From: Dehalococcoidia bacterium | GTDB lineage: Bacteria > Chloroflexota > Dehalococcoidia > Lucifugimonadales > JADFKI01 | Length of the DNA: 64,000 nucleotides | Reading direction: 5' to 3' | Assembly: GCA_965204605.1 (NCBI GenBank) | Contig: OZ241999.1 | Coordinates: 2,010,473 to 2,074,472 of the forward strand | Part shown: positions 18,203 to 28,632 of the stretch, piece after piece | Layout of the letters: the number at the start of each line of letters is the position of its first letter | How positions within the stretch are numbered: position 1 is the first letter of the stretch | Translations under genes and position numbers: made by a program | The notes under the pieces: generated by a model | What the model saw: only the letters and a program-made list of their open reading frames with translations | Database searches by the model: none | Told to the model about the DNA's origin: nothing

Positions 18203-19066
18203 CTACATTCCCGTTTCCACTTGTCTGGCGCGCCGCGATAGGGCTTTTAGTAGCCGCCATGTTAGCGGCGCTCCGAATATAATCAAGCAGAAATAGGCGA
18301 GCGTCAATACGCCAGTCAAGCCATCTTGGACTTCCTTTACATAGGCGTCAAGTTCATCGCTTGGGATGTTCTCTGACCTATCCCCTATAAGCCAGTCAAG
18401 TACGAATGGCTCTGAGACGTAGGCGACGCAGAACGCTATCACGATGGCTCTGAATGCTCGACTGCTTTTAAGTAGCTGCCAAGTCGGCGCTGCGGCGAAC
18501 AAAATCAAGCAGAAATAGGCGAGCGTAAATGCCACAATTAGGAACGCCTGGAAGTCCCCCAATATCATAGAGGTAATCGCAACGCTTGGGTCGCTTATGT
18601 CAACGCAAGTAGACGTTTCTGTGTCAGCGGCGCAATTTCTTGCAAGGGCGTCACGCACGGGTGGAACTGAATGCCAAGCGGCAAACGACGCTATCACGGC
18701 GGCGGCGAGTGCCCGCGCCTTCCAGTTCGACATCGCTATCAACATCGCCCATCTGTTTAGCCACCATTGCCTGGCGTTGTCCACGCTCGCGCTCAAGGCG
18801 TTCCAACTCATACGCTTGGTGGCGGCTCTAGAGTCGTTCCATATCACGCCCGCCAATTCTCTCACAAGGGCAGTTGCGCCAACCCGCTTGAAGGCTTGGA
18901 TGTCCGGCTCGGCGGCAATCGCTGCTTTGAGCGTATCGGCACACGTCTGGCAATCGCCTGCGGTTGGCGCATCGGCGGCGGTGCGATAGTCGCCGGCGTC
19001 AAGCGTCGCCGGGTCAAGCCCGCAAATGGTGGACGTTCCTTCTGATGTGGTGATATGCGTTGCCAT
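18203..19066 (-). CDS. hypothetical membrane protein with an internal repeat
   Basis: 287 aa. The TM-containing unit TLAYFCLI(L/I)F..(P)TW(Q/R)LLK occurs twice. Confidence 0.6.
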   Translation of the reverse strand: MATHITTSEGTSTICGLDPATLDAGDYRTAADAPTAGDCQTCADTLKAAIAAEPDIQAFKRVGATALVRELAGVIWNDSRAATKRMSWNALSASVDNARQWWLNRWAMLIAMSNWKARALAAAVIASFAAWHSVPPVRDALARNCAADTETSTCVDISDPSVAITSMILGDFQAFLIVAFTLAYFCLILFAAAPTWQLLKSSRAFRAIVIAFCVAYVSEPFVLDWLIGDRSENIPSDELDAYVKEVQDGLTGVLTLAYFCLIIFGAPLTWRLLKALSRRARQVETGM

Positions 19067-19412
19067 CCGACGCCTTCCTAACGTCCGATTAGTCTAGAAG
19101 TAGCAGCAGCCGCGGTGTGTTTCTCAATCAAATCCCAACTGCGTCGAGTGCTTCTGCTACTGCAGGCGGGCGCACCACAACCACGCCCGTCAAAACCCGG
19201 TTAAAGCCTTCGAACTCTTTTGGGATTAACTTCAAAACGCCGCCTCCGCTTGTTGAGTGATGCGTCAAAGGGTAATACTGAGTGGCGCTAATATCAAGTG
19301 CGTTGACTTGAACCGATGGTGAAACATACACTAGAACTCGGATCGATAGTGCAACCCGGGCCGAATTGCGCGGGAATTGCGGCGATGCGCCTAACAAATC
19401 TTTCAGAGGTAT

Positions 19413-20198
19413 TTGATGAGCAGACTTATTGAAATGCTTGATAAAACGCAATCGGTATCTGAGGCGATCGGCTTTGCGGCTTCGCGGCAGAGTGCGGCGA
19501 ATCCGTCGATTGTGCTGATAGGGCGCGCCACTGCGGCCGAACTTGCGGACAATCCCGCGCTCGCCGAAGCGCCCGCCGACGCCGTGCTGGTAACCTTGGA
19601 CGCATCGGACGCCGCCGCGGTGGCGCGCGTGAGCGATGCGCTCAAGAATGCGCTGTGGGGCGCAAGAGTGGGCAGCGTGAGCGCAGAAGACGCCCGCGCG
19701 CTCAAAGACGCCGGCTGCGACTTCATCGTGTTTGACGCAGAGGACACCGCCGCCGCTGCGCTAAACGACGGCGACATCGGCAAGATACTTGCGTTTGACC
19801 CTGAGACGCCGGACTTCAGCGAGGATGCCGCCAAAGCCGTCCGCACGCTGGATATAGACGGCGCGCTGTTCACGCCGCCCGACGGCTTGCTGCCGCTGAC
19901 GGTGCAAAGGCTTCTGAACATTCAGGCTACCAGAGCGCTGGTGCGACGGCGTTCCGTGCTGACTGCTCCGGCTGATCTTGCCGCGCCGGAGCTGGAGGCG
20001 CTGCGAAACGCCGGCATAGTCGGGCTTGTGGTGAGCCTTGCCGCCGCCGACCTTGCGCGTATGAAAGACGCCATCGCCGGCTTGCCTCGCCGCCGCTCTC
20101 AGCGCGGTGGTGGCAGAGGAACGGCTCAGTCGCCCGCCGCCGGCTTCGCGCGCAATGCGCCGCCCGACGACGATGACGATTTCGACGACTACGAATAG
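19413..20198 (+). CDS. hypothetical protein with an acidic C-terminal tail
   Basis: 261-aa Ala-rich ORF ending PPDDDDDFDDYE. No family recognised. Confidence 0.55.
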   Translation: MMSRLIEMLDKTQSVSEAIGFAASRQSAANPSIVLIGRATAAELADNPALAEAPADAVLVTLDASDAAAVARVSDALKNALWGARVGSVSAEDARALKDAGCDFIVFDAEDTAAAALNDGDIGKILAFDPETPDFSEDAAKAVRTLDIDGALFTPPDGLLPLTVQRLLNIQATRALVRRRSVLTAPADLAAPELEALRNAGIVGLVVSLAAADLARMKDAIAGLPRRRSQRGGGRGTAQSPAAGFARNAPPDDDDDFDDYE

Positions 20199-20283
20199 AC
20201 GGCGCAAGGCAGCCGCATCTTGATTGTAAGATTGCGGGCATATGTCTATGTAAAATGCAGCGCCGCGCCGCTTGGGGTTAAGC

Positions 20284-21015
20284 CTAACGCCCCACCGATA
20301 GGCGATCTATCAGATATTTCGGCAGCGCATAGCGCGTCATCTTTCGTTGCGTCGCCGCAATGTCATACGCAACGCGGCGGTGCGTGATTGTGGCGGCATC
20401 TTTGTCGTAGATGGCGTAGCTTGCGCGTGGATCGCCGTCGCGCGGCTGTCCGACGGAACCGGGGTTGATAATTAGTCGGCCGTCGTCCAACGCTATCGGT
20501 CTGTCCGTGGGGAATTGCAGGAATGCTGCGCCGTCCTGCGTCGGGACGCATACGAAGGGCATATGCGAATGCCCCAACGCGCACCAATAGGTGTCAAAGT
20601 GCGTGAAGCTTGCGATCGCCGCCTGCTCGCTGACCACATATTCCCACACCGGATCGCGCGGGCTGCCGTGAACAAGCGTGAACTCGCCCAATTCAAGCGT
20701 AAGCGGCAAGTTCGCGATGTAGTCCGCATGCTCTTGTGTCAGTTGGGCGGCGTTCCAGCGATTGGCGGCGGCGGCGTAAGGATTGAACCTGTCGAGCGAA
20801 ATTCTGCCGATTACCGCAAGGTCGTGATTGCCGGCGACGGCGTGGTGTTCGTGAGCGCGCAGCAGATCGATGCAGGCGGCGGGATCCGGGCCGTAACCCA
20901 CCAGATCGCCAAGTGACCAGATCTCATCGAAGCCGCCGCGCGCTTGCGCGTCCGCAATGACGGCTTGGAACGCCTCTATGTTGCTGTGCGTGTCCGCTAC
21001 AATCAGCGCTCGCAT
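20284..21015 (-). CDS. metallophosphoesterase family protein
   Basis: ADTHSN, GDLVGYGPDP, GNHD and GHSH blocks. Confidence 0.85.
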   Translation of the reverse strand: MRALIVADTHSNIEAFQAVIADAQARGGFDEIWSLGDLVGYGPDPAACIDLLRAHEHHAVAGNHDLAVIGRISLDRFNPYAAAANRWNAAQLTQEHADYIANLPLTLELGEFTLVHGSPRDPVWEYVVSEQAAIASFTHFDTYWCALGHSHMPFVCVPTQDGAAFLQFPTDRPIALDDGRLIINPGSVGQPRDGDPRASYAIYDKDAATITHRRVAYDIAATQRKMTRYALPKYLIDRLSVGR

Positions 21016-21190
21016 TTCGCCGCCTATACTGCCCGATGCGCCGGGGCTGCGTCCCTTGCGGCGGCGCGCAATCCCTTACCAATGCGCGCGCCGTTCTGCT
21101 ATCCTATTCGGTGAATTCGGCGGCGTTCAGTCTTTCTTTTCTACGGATTAGACGGATTGGAAAGAACGCCCTGCCATATGATACACCGCT

Positions 21191-21763
21191 TTGCGGCGGT
21201 TGTTGCAATTTTCGGACAGCGCTTTGGCTCACGATACTCACAACGGACTGACGGTAACCACGCGCAGCCCGCAGCAGACGCAAGCGGTGGGCAGGGCGCT
21301 GGGCAAGACCGCGCGCGCCGGCGATGTGTATCTGCTGACGGGCGAACTCGGCGCAGGCAAGACCTGCTTGACGCAGGGCATCCTGTGGGGTCTGGGCGGC
21401 GACGAGTACGCGCGCAGCCCAACCTTCGTTCTCATATGCGAGTATCAAGCGCGGCTCACGCTGTATCATATGGACTTGTACCGCCTTGACGGCTTCGACG
21501 AAATTATAGACATGGGGCTTGACGAGTACATATTCGGCGAGGGCGTGTGCGTAGTGGAGTGGGCGGATAAGGCGTTGGACGCATTCCCGGCGGCGCATAT
21601 CGGCGTTAGCATCAAGGACGCGGGCGACGATAGGCGGACGCTGACTCTGACGGCCGGCTCGCCCGAATACGCGCGGAGGCTCGATGCGGTTAGCGCCGCG
21701 CTTGCCGACGATATGCCGTCGGCTGCATCGCAAACCCATACGGATACGGGCGGGGCGCGCTGA
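21191..21763 (+). CDS. tsaE: tRNA t6A37 biosynthesis ATPase TsaE
   Basis: LTGELGAGKTCLTQGI, SPTFVL and HMDLYRL. The exact start is uncertain. Confidence 0.85.
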   Translation: MRRLLQFSDSALAHDTHNGLTVTTRSPQQTQAVGRALGKTARAGDVYLLTGELGAGKTCLTQGILWGLGGDEYARSPTFVLICEYQARLTLYHMDLYRLDGFDEIIDMGLDEYIFGEGVCVVEWADKALDAFPAAHIGVSIKDAGDDRRTLTLTAGSPEYARRLDAVSAALADDMPSAASQTHTDTGGAR

Positions 21764-22461
21764 TGGAACTTGCTATCGACACATCCACCCGATTCGCCTC
21801 GGTCGGATTGTCCCGTCACGGCGAATCGCTGGCGGAGCTGACATGGCGCTCTGAACGCAACCATTCGGTCGAGCTTGTGCCGTCCATCAAGACGCTTTTG
21901 GAGCGCGCGGGCAGCGGCGTTAATCAGATCGAGGCTATCTACATTGCGGCGGGCCCGGGCGGCTTCAGCGCGCTGCGCGTGGGCATGAGCGCGGCTAAGG
22001 CAATGGCGGTTTCGCTTGGCGTTCCGCTTGTAGCCGTGGGTACACTGGACGTCGAAGCGCAGCCGTACTTGGGATTGCAGCGTCCGATATGCGCGCTCAT
22101 CGGCGCGGGCAGAGGGCGCTTGTACATCGGCAACTTCGACGGCGATGCGCCGCCGACTTACAGCGTCATAGAACACGGCGCGCTTGGCGCTGCGGCGTCG
22201 GCGGATGCGCTGTTCTGCGGCGAGGGCGCGGCATCGACGGCGGATCTGATACGCGCCGAATTCGGCGACGATGCGGCGATTGCCCCCATAGCGCCGCCAA
22301 CCCGACGCGCGGGCGTTATGGCGGCGATGGGCTATGAGGCGCTGCAGCGCGGACATATCGCCGACCTGAATTCGCTTGAGCCTATCTATCTCAGAAGTTC
22401 GCAAATCGCCGCCGCCAACAGAACTTGGCAGGCGCAGCGGGATGCAGACAAGGAGCGTTAA
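21763..22461 (+). CDS. tsaB: tRNA t6A37 biosynthesis protein TsaB
   Basis: MELAIDTST..ASVGL and GPGGFSALRVG. Start overlaps the tsaE stop (TGATG). Confidence 0.85.
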   Translation: MELAIDTSTRFASVGLSRHGESLAELTWRSERNHSVELVPSIKTLLERAGSGVNQIEAIYIAAGPGGFSALRVGMSAAKAMAVSLGVPLVAVGTLDVEAQPYLGLQRPICALIGAGRGRLYIGNFDGDAPPTYSVIEHGALGAAASADALFCGEGAASTADLIRAEFGDDAAIAPIAPPTRRAGVMAAMGYEALQRGHIADLNSLEPIYLRSSQIAAANRTWQAQRDADKER

Positions 22462-22920
22462 GTGCAGATGGAAAGAACTTTGGTGTTGATAAAGCCCGAT
22501 GCGGTTCAGAGAGGGCTGGCGGGCGAAATCATAGCCCGCTTGGAGCGGCGCGGGCTGAAGCTCGCCGCGATGAAGATGATGCAGGTTGCGCCTGAACTCG
22601 CCCGCAAGCACTACGGCGCGCATATCGGCAAGCCGTTCTTCGACAGACTGGTGAAGTTCATCACATCGTCGCCGCTGATTGCCATCGCCGTTGAGGGCGA
22701 AAACGCCGTTGAGGTGGTGCGCGCAACGATGGGCGCAACCAATCCGGTGGATGCGGGGCCGGGGACTATACGCGGCGATTTCGCCCTCACTATCGGCGCA
22801 AACCTGATTCACGGATCGGACTCGGCGGAATCGGCCGCAACTGAGATTGCGCTGTTCTTTGCGGACGATGAGGTATTGGACTACGCGCGCGGCATAGACG
22901 ATTGGATTATTGAATCCTGA
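22462..22920 (+). CDS. ndk: nucleoside-diphosphate kinase
   Basis: [16 protein letters not shown] and NLIHGSDS (active-site His). Confidence 0.95.
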   Translation: MQMERTLVLIKPDAVQRGLAGEIIARLERRGLKLAAMKMMQVAPELARKHYGAHIGKPFFDRLVKFITSSPLIAIAVEGENAVEVVRATMGATNPVDAGPGTIRGDFALTIGANLIHGSDSAESAATEIALFFADDEVLDYARGIDDWIIES

Positions 22921-23269
22921 CCATCTCCGCCGCCTCATCCCAAACGGCTTCGATGTTGTAGAATTCGCGTTCTTCAACGCCGAATATGTGGATGACAAGA
23001 TCGCCGAAATCAAGCAGCATCCAACCCGAATCGGGGGATCCCTCGCGGTGATGCCGGCGGCAGCCCTTCGCCTCTAACGCGTGTTCCATGTCTTCGGCAA
23101 GCGCGCGCATTTGGCGGGCGGACTCCACCGACATTATGACGAAGTAGTCCGCGAAATCGCTCACCTCGCTGATGTCCAACATCAGTATGTCCGACGCCAG
23201 CTTATCGCTTGCCACATCCACCGCATAGCGGGCGTGATCCAGCGGCTGCAATGCTATCTGCTCTAACAT
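22907..23269 (-). CDS. rsfS: ribosome silencing factor RsfS
   Basis: [23 protein letters not shown] and [13 protein letters not shown] at 23269 avoids overlap with mnmA. The ORF track's 23386 start is rejected. Confidence 0.85.
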   Translation of the reverse strand: MLEQIALQPLDHARYAVDVASDKLASDILMLDISEVSDFADYFVIMSVESARQMRALAEDMEHALEAKGCRRHHREGSPDSGWMLLDFGDLVIHIFGVEEREFYNIEAVWDEAAEMVRIQ

Positions 23270-23358
23270 AGCCCCATTATAGATAGGCGCGGGCGCGGCG
23301 GTCAACGCCTTCCCCAAATATCGTTGAAGCACCGTTTCGCATATGATACGCTTTTTGT

Positions 23359-24483
23359 ATGAGCAAGAAGCGCGTTGTAGTGGCAATGAGCGGGGGCGTG
23401 GACTCCTCCGTCGCCGCCCTGCTACTTAAAGAGCGGGGTTATGAGGTCGTGGGCGTTACAATGCGCCTATGGTCGGTGGAGCGCGACGACCTGCCGCCGC
23501 TAAGCAAGCGCTGCTGTTCGGTGGAGGATGTGAACGATGCCCGCCGCGTGTGCGATGCCATCGGCGCGCGCCACTACTTTATGAACTTTGAGCGCGAATT
23601 CCAAAAGCATGTGGTTGACTACTTCATTCGCGAGTACGACCGCGGGCGCACGCCGCATCCATGCCTTGCGTGCAACGACAAGATAAAGTTCGACTTCCTG
23701 CTGCGCCGCGCGATGTTTATGGACGCCGACTATATCGCCACCGGCCACTACGCGCGCATACGCCGCAGCGCCGACCGAGTTCGGCTTTTCAAGGGCGCTG
23801 ACACGGGCAAAGATCAGTCGTATGTGCTGTTCACGCTGCGCCAATCGGAGCTTCAGCGGCTGCTACTGCCGGTGGGCGAATACCCCAAGATCGACATCCG
23901 CCGCCTTGCCGCCGACGCGGATCTGCCGGTTGCGAACAAGCCGGACAGCCAAGAGATATGCTTCATCCCGGACGACGACTATCGCAAGTTCATCGGCGAG
24001 CGCGCCGCGCCCAAGCCGGGCGATTTCGTCGACGCGCAAGGCAATGTGCTTGGCAGTCATCCGGGCATTCAGTTCTTCACCATAGGGCAGCGGCGCGGCT
24101 TGGGACTGCGCGGCAACAGCGGCGCTCCAATGTATGTAATCTCCATTGACGCCGATACAAACCGCATAGCGCTTGGCAGCCACGCCGATCTGATGCAGAC
24201 CGACTTGTGGGCGTCGCGCATAAACTACATCGCAGGGGAAGCGCCCGATGCGCCGATCGAGGTGGGCGCAAAGATCCGATACAAGGCGACGGACGCGCCC
24301 GCCACGCTAACGTCGCGCGGCGATTGGGCGACACTGCGATTCCACGAGCCGCAGCGCGCCATCACGCCCGGGCAGGCGGTTGCGTTCTATCGGGGCGATG
24401 AGATTATCGGCGGCGGCATCATCGAGGCGCAAGCGCCAAAGCCCGTTCAGCCGGTATATGCGAATGAGGCGGCAAGCGTATGA
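23359..24483 (+). CDS. mnmA: tRNA 2-thiouridine(34) synthase MnmA
   Basis: PP-loop VVAMSGGVDSSVAA, CNDKIKF and KDQSYVL. Confidence 0.95.
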   Translation: MSKKRVVVAMSGGVDSSVAALLLKERGYEVVGVTMRLWSVERDDLPPLSKRCCSVEDVNDARRVCDAIGARHYFMNFEREFQKHVVDYFIREYDRGRTPHPCLACNDKIKFDFLLRRAMFMDADYIATGHYARIRRSADRVRLFKGADTGKDQSYVLFTLRQSELQRLLLPVGEYPKIDIRRLAADADLPVANKPDSQEICFIPDDDYRKFIGERAAPKPGDFVDAQGNVLGSHPGIQFFTIGQRRGLGLRGNSGAPMYVISIDADTNRIALGSHADLMQTDLWASRINYIAGEAPDAPIEVGAKIRYKATDAPATLTSRGDWATLRFHEPQRAITPGQAVAFYRGDEIIGGGIIEAQAPKPVQPVYANEAASV

Positions 24484-24581
24484 GCCTCAAAGATGCGCTG
24501 AAAGCGAGCATGGGTGAATGCGCGCATATGCGATACCGCCATCGCCTGCTCGCCCAATACCGGACAATGCGCGCCGCTTGA

Positions 24582-25229
24582 ATGCCGAAACTCACTCAGT
24601 CGAGCAACCCAACCTATGCTGAGGAGGCCGCGCTTTTGGATAGCGGCTATGCGGTCGTCGCCGGCGTGGACGAAGTGGGGCGCGGGCCGCTTGCCGGCCC
24701 GGTGGTGGCGGGCGCCGCTATCCTGCCGCCGCATCCCGTCGGCGAATGGGTCAGCCTCATCAGGGACAGCAAGCAGCTGACGCACCGTCGCCGCCAAATC
24801 GCCTTGGATCATATGCAAGCCGCGTCCGTCACGTTGCGGACGGCCGCCGCCACAGCGCGCGAGGTTGACGCCCTGGGCATCGTTGAGGCGACGCGCGTTG
24901 CGATGGCAAGGGCAATCGCCGCGCTGCCAATCCCGCCCGATTTCCTGCTCATAGACGCGCTGCCGCTGCCGAACGTGCGCCTGCCGCAGTGCGCTATCGT
25001 GAAGGGCGACGCCAAGTGCCTTTCCATTGCGGCGGCGTCCATAGCAGCCAAGATCGCGCGCGACCGAATGATGCAGGACGCCGCCGCCGCATTCCCAGGC
25101 TACGGCTTCGCGCGGCACAAGGGCTATGGAACGCCTCAGCACCTCAGCAGCCTAGAACGGCTTGGCGCTTGCGCTATACACCGCTACACATTCGCGCCTG
25201 TGCGCCATATGGCTTGCGCGCTGCCGTGA
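24582..25229 (+). CDS. rnhB: ribonuclease HII
   Basis: GVDEVGRGPLAGPVVAGA and DSKQL. Confidence 0.9.
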   Translation: MPKLTQSSNPTYAEEAALLDSGYAVVAGVDEVGRGPLAGPVVAGAAILPPHPVGEWVSLIRDSKQLTHRRRQIALDHMQAASVTLRTAAATAREVDALGIVEATRVAMARAIAALPIPPDFLLIDALPLPNVRLPQCAIVKGDAKCLSIAAASIAAKIARDRMMQDAAAAFPGYGFARHKGYGTPQHLSSLERLGACAIHRYTFAPVRHMACALP

Positions 25230-25591
25230 ACCGCCGTCAGCAAACCGGCAGGCTCGGCGAGATTGCGGCGCGGCGGCGTCTGGAAGCGCTGGGCTACGCC
25301 ATTCGCGGCGTCAATGTGCGGGCGGGGCAGGGCGAGATCGACATCGTAGCCGACGAAGGCGGCGATATTGTGTTTGTGGAAGTGCGAACCCGCCGCAGCC
25401 GTCGGCTCGGCACACCGGAAGAGTCCATCACGCCGTCCAAGCGGGAACGCCTGCTGGCGGCGGCGCAGCGCTACCTGCAATCTACGGATGCCGAAAACCG
25501 CAACTGGCGCATAGACATCGTCGCGGTGGAACTTGACCGCAACGATGGCGTAGCGCGTCTCAGCGTACTCAGGAATGCGGTCGAGGCGTAA
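25226..25591 (+). CDS. YraN-family (UPF0102) endonuclease
   Basis: GEIDIVADEGGDIVFVEVRTR. GTG at 25226 overlaps the rnhB stop (GTGA). The longer 24989 ORF runs inside rnhB. Confidence 0.8.
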   Translation: MNRRQQTGRLGEIAARRRLEALGYAIRGVNVRAGQGEIDIVADEGGDIVFVEVRTRRSRRLGTPEESITPSKRERLLAAAQRYLQSTDAENRNWRIDIVAVELDRNDGVARLSVLRNAVEA

Positions 25592-25756
25592 CCCACAATG
25601 CGCTTCGACGGCGCTCTCTAACGCCAACCAGCCGCTTGCGATATGCCCGCAAGTCCGCAAACGCATCCTCATATGCGGCATGCTACAATTCGCGAAACCC
25701 GATTGCGCCCGCGCTTTGCGCCGCATCCGAACTTGAAACGAAATGATGGAGACGCT

Positions 25757-26764
25757 ATGAATCCGGTTATTGCCATACATATGCAATCGCTTGTAGAGCA
25801 TATCCGCCTGCTTGAAGCCGTGCTTACCGCTCCGCTTGGGTTGTACTCGGACATCAAGATGCTTCGCGAATCGCTGCCGTTTGCGGATGCCGCCGACCTG
25901 CCGCGCCACGAACTCCGCGAGCGCCGCATCGCATACGGCAGCCTGAGCGCCGACCCGCGCCGACTTGCGCTCTACGCCGCGGCGTCCCTGACCGCTTCGC
26001 TGGACATACTAGAGGCGGCGCAAGATGACGCCGACGCAGCGCGCTTTCGGGATGGCTGGATAAGCCGCGCGCGGATGGTGCTGATCAGAGCGGAGGCGCA
26101 GGTGGCGGGCGATATTCGCGCCGATATATCCGCCCGCGTGCGCGGGCTGTATGTCATCGTGGATCCCGAATCTACGCAGGGCAGGGATGTGGTGGAAGTT
26201 GCGGCGGCGGCGCTGAGAGGCGGCGCAAGCGTACTGCAGTTGCGCGACAAGACGCGGGACAAGGGCGATACGCTGGCGGCGGCGCGCGAACTGAAGGCGC
26301 TGTGCGACGCCCATAACGCCTTGCTCATCATCAACGACGACGCGGACATTGCGGCGGCTTGCGGCGCGCACGGCTTGCATGTGGGGCAGACGGACTTGCC
26401 GATAGCGGACGCGCGCCGCATCCTCGCGCCCACTCAGCTAATCGGCCGCTCCAACAACGGCGTGGAAGAGGCGCTGGATTCGCAGCGGCAGGGCGCGGAC
26501 TACATCGCCGTGGGCGCGGTGTTCCCCACAACCACGATGGGCAAGAGCGGCAGGACATCCGTAGGCGCTGATATGATAAGCAGAGTGAAAGCGACGGCGT
26601 CGCAGCCGGTAGTGGCGATAGGCGGCATAAACGCCGGCAACATCGCCGCCGTAGCGCGCGCCGGCGCCGACTGCGTATGCGTGGTGAGCGCCGTAACGCA
26701 CGCCCCTGATCCCGAAGCGGCGGCGGCCGAGCTTGCGGCGCTGATGCGTGGGGCGAGCGGGTAG
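25757..26764 (+). CDS. thiE: thiamine-phosphate synthase with an N-terminal extension of about 130 aa
   Basis: The C-terminal 200 aa carry LYVIVDP, LQLRDK, GLHVGQTD, IGRS, GADYIAVGAVFPT and VAIGGI. ATG at 25757 follows GGAG. Start 25643 is also possible. Confidence 0.85.
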   Translation: MNPVIAIHMQSLVEHIRLLEAVLTAPLGLYSDIKMLRESLPFADAADLPRHELRERRIAYGSLSADPRRLALYAAASLTASLDILEAAQDDADAARFRDGWISRARMVLIRAEAQVAGDIRADISARVRGLYVIVDPESTQGRDVVEVAAAALRGGASVLQLRDKTRDKGDTLAAARELKALCDAHNALLIINDDADIAAACGAHGLHVGQTDLPIADARRILAPTQLIGRSNNGVEEALDSQRQGADYIAVGAVFPTTTMGKSGRTSVGADMISRVKATASQPVVAIGGINAGNIAAVARAGADCVCVVSAVTHAPDPEAAAAELAALMRGASG

Positions 26765-26840
26765 CGTGATATGCTACCGTGTGATATACTACTGAGAGCG
26801 TGCCAAGGCAGACGAACTTAGTGTAGCAGAAGGTGATCAA

Positions 26841-28598
26841 ATGGATGTGAACATACGGGACTTGAGCCGTCTATTTGGAAATCAGGTGCAATATGAAATA
26901 CCCCCTTACCAGAGACGGTATGTCTGGGATCAGGATGGGCAGTGGGACGCTCTTTGGGAAGATGTGCGAAGTACAGCAGAGAATGTTCTCGAAGACGGTG
27001 GAGTTAACACTCCACACTTTCTTGGAGCTGTGGTACTTCAGATTAAACCCGCGCCGGCGGGAGGTGTTGCGACATGGCGGGTAGTGGACGGGCAGCAACG
27101 TCTGACTACGATGCAACTCCTGCTTGATGCAGTGCATGAAGTATTCGTAGAGCGTAACCATAAAAACGCCGCGGCAAGATTAGATGTGTTGGTGCTGAAC
27201 AACAAGGCGTTTGTGGATGAAGATGACCCTGACCTCGCTTTCAAGGTGTGGCCAACTACGGGTGACCAGGATGCGTTTCGGCATGCTATGCGCAACGAAT
27301 TGCCCGTTGACGAATACAAAGACTCTTTGATTGTTCAAGCGCACGAATTTTTCAAGCTGCAGACTCGCCAGTGGCTTGACGATCATCCCGATGATGCCGA
27401 TGCGCGAGTACGCGCTTTGTACGCCGCGATCACATCTTTCCTATCCATGGTCGTGATAGACCTTGATGCTGGCGATGATCCGCATGTCATATTCGAGACG
27501 CTGAACGCGCGCGGAACGCCTCTGTTGCAGTCAGACCTAATCAAAAACATGGTACTGTCTGAAGCAAGCGACGATTCCAAAGTCTGGGACTTTGGCGATC
27601 CCTGGTGGACTAATGAGATACAACAGGGCCGGCTTATGCGTCCTCAAATCGACGTCTTCCTGAACTATTGGCTGACGATTCGCACTCGGAGTGAAGTTAG
27701 AATTGCTGACGAATTCTCGGCATTCCGTAGGTACGTCTCCGGAGCAAGAAAGCCGATTAAGGATGTTGCCACTGACATTGGCGATGTTAGAGACGTCTAT
27801 CGCGTCCTTGCAGATGAAAGCAAGAACATTCCGGGATGGGGAAAATTCCGTTATAGACGAGGAGTAATGCGCGCAGGCGTACTTAATCCCGTTTTGCTGT
27901 GGTTGCTTACGGCAGATGTTCCGCAGCAACAGATGGACAAGGCGATTTCCGCTATCGAGAGTTACCTCGTGCGGCGAATGGTTTGCGGCATGAATACCAG
28001 AAGCTATGGACAGGTATTCATGGGGTTGCTAATACGGTTGGATGAAGCTGGCGCTGATCAAGCTGGTGACCTAACCGTGGAACACCTTAAAAGTCGGAAT
28101 GACTGGGGTAGCCTGTGGCCAGACGACCCTCAACTAACAGACGCCTTCGTAAGGCGTCCCTTGTATCGGATTCTGACGCGGGGTCGACTGCGAATCGTTC
28201 TTGAGGGCATAGAGGAAGAGTTGCGGACGAACAAGGTGGAAGACCCAAACGTGCCCCGCAACCTCACAATAGAGCATGTTATGCCGCAGGAGTGGCGCAC
28301 GAATTGGGAACTACCCAACGGTGTGGAAGACCCGGACCAAGCGGCGCGCGATCGCGATCACTTTGTCCACAGGATAGGCAATCTGACGCTGGTGACTAAA
28401 AGGCTCAATTCCACGCTTTCCAATGCGCCGTGGCATGAGAAGCGGAAAACTTTGGACAAGCACAGCGTTCTGTTCCTCAACAAGACGCTGCTTGACGATG
28501 CGCTGGATGTGTGGGATGAGGCGGCGATCCAAGAGCGCGCCAAGCAGCTGTGCGCGGCCGCAGCTAAGGTCTGGCCCCACGCCGACGGCATATCATAA
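26841..28598 (+). CDS. GmrSD-like type IV (modification-dependent) restriction enzyme, DUF262 + DUF1524
   Basis: N-terminal IPPYQRRYVWD and VVDGQQRLTT (DUF262). C-terminal LTIEHVMPQ...HRIGNLTLV..LN His-Me finger (DUF1524). AT-richer than its flanks. Confidence 0.85.
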   Translation: MDVNIRDLSRLFGNQVQYEIPPYQRRYVWDQDGQWDALWEDVRSTAENVLEDGGVNTPHFLGAVVLQIKPAPAGGVATWRVVDGQQRLTTMQLLLDAVHEVFVERNHKNAAARLDVLVLNNKAFVDEDDPDLAFKVWPTTGDQDAFRHAMRNELPVDEYKDSLIVQAHEFFKLQTRQWLDDHPDDADARVRALYAAITSFLSMVVIDLDAGDDPHVIFETLNARGTPLLQSDLIKNMVLSEASDDSKVWDFGDPWWTNEIQQGRLMRPQIDVFLNYWLTIRTRSEVRIADEFSAFRRYVSGARKPIKDVATDIGDVRDVYRVLADESKNIPGWGKFRYRRGVMRAGVLNPVLLWLLTADVPQQQMDKAISAIESYLVRRMVCGMNTRSYGQVFMGLLIRLDEAGADQAGDLTVEHLKSRNDWGSLWPDDPQLTDAFVRRPLYRILTRGRLRIVLEGIEEELRTNKVEDPNVPRNLTIEHVMPQEWRTNWELPNGVEDPDQAARDRDHFVHRIGNLTLVTKRLNSTLSNAPWHEKRKTLDKHSVLFLNKTLLDDALDVWDEAAIQERAKQLCAAAAKVWPHADGIS

Positions 28599-28632
28599 CC
28601 CGTTGCGCTGTAGCATCTTTAATGAACCCCAA

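Noticed and set aside
19128-19451. 107-aa minus-strand ORF upstream of the membrane protein gene, and the possibility of an ncRNA in 19070-19410
   Set aside because: The ORF overlaps the start of the plus-strand gene at 19413 and has no recognisable family or clear RBS. I also found no RNase P, tmRNA or SRP signature sequences. The region is left unannotated rather than called.
21466-23013. 515-aa minus-strand ORF spanning tsaE, tsaB and ndk
   Set aside because: It is antisense to three recognisable housekeeping genes, and its translation has no motifs.
24989-25225. Long N-terminal version of the YraN ORF (start at 24989)
   Set aside because: The first 79 codons lie inside rnhB in another frame. 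YraN homology begins only after the GTG at 25226.
25592-25756. TPP riboswitch upstream of thiE, and the CTGAGA-containing stretch at about 26795-26810
   Set aside because: The conserved TPP aptamer elements are not present together. The isolated CTGAGA downstream of thiE lacks the rest of the consensus.
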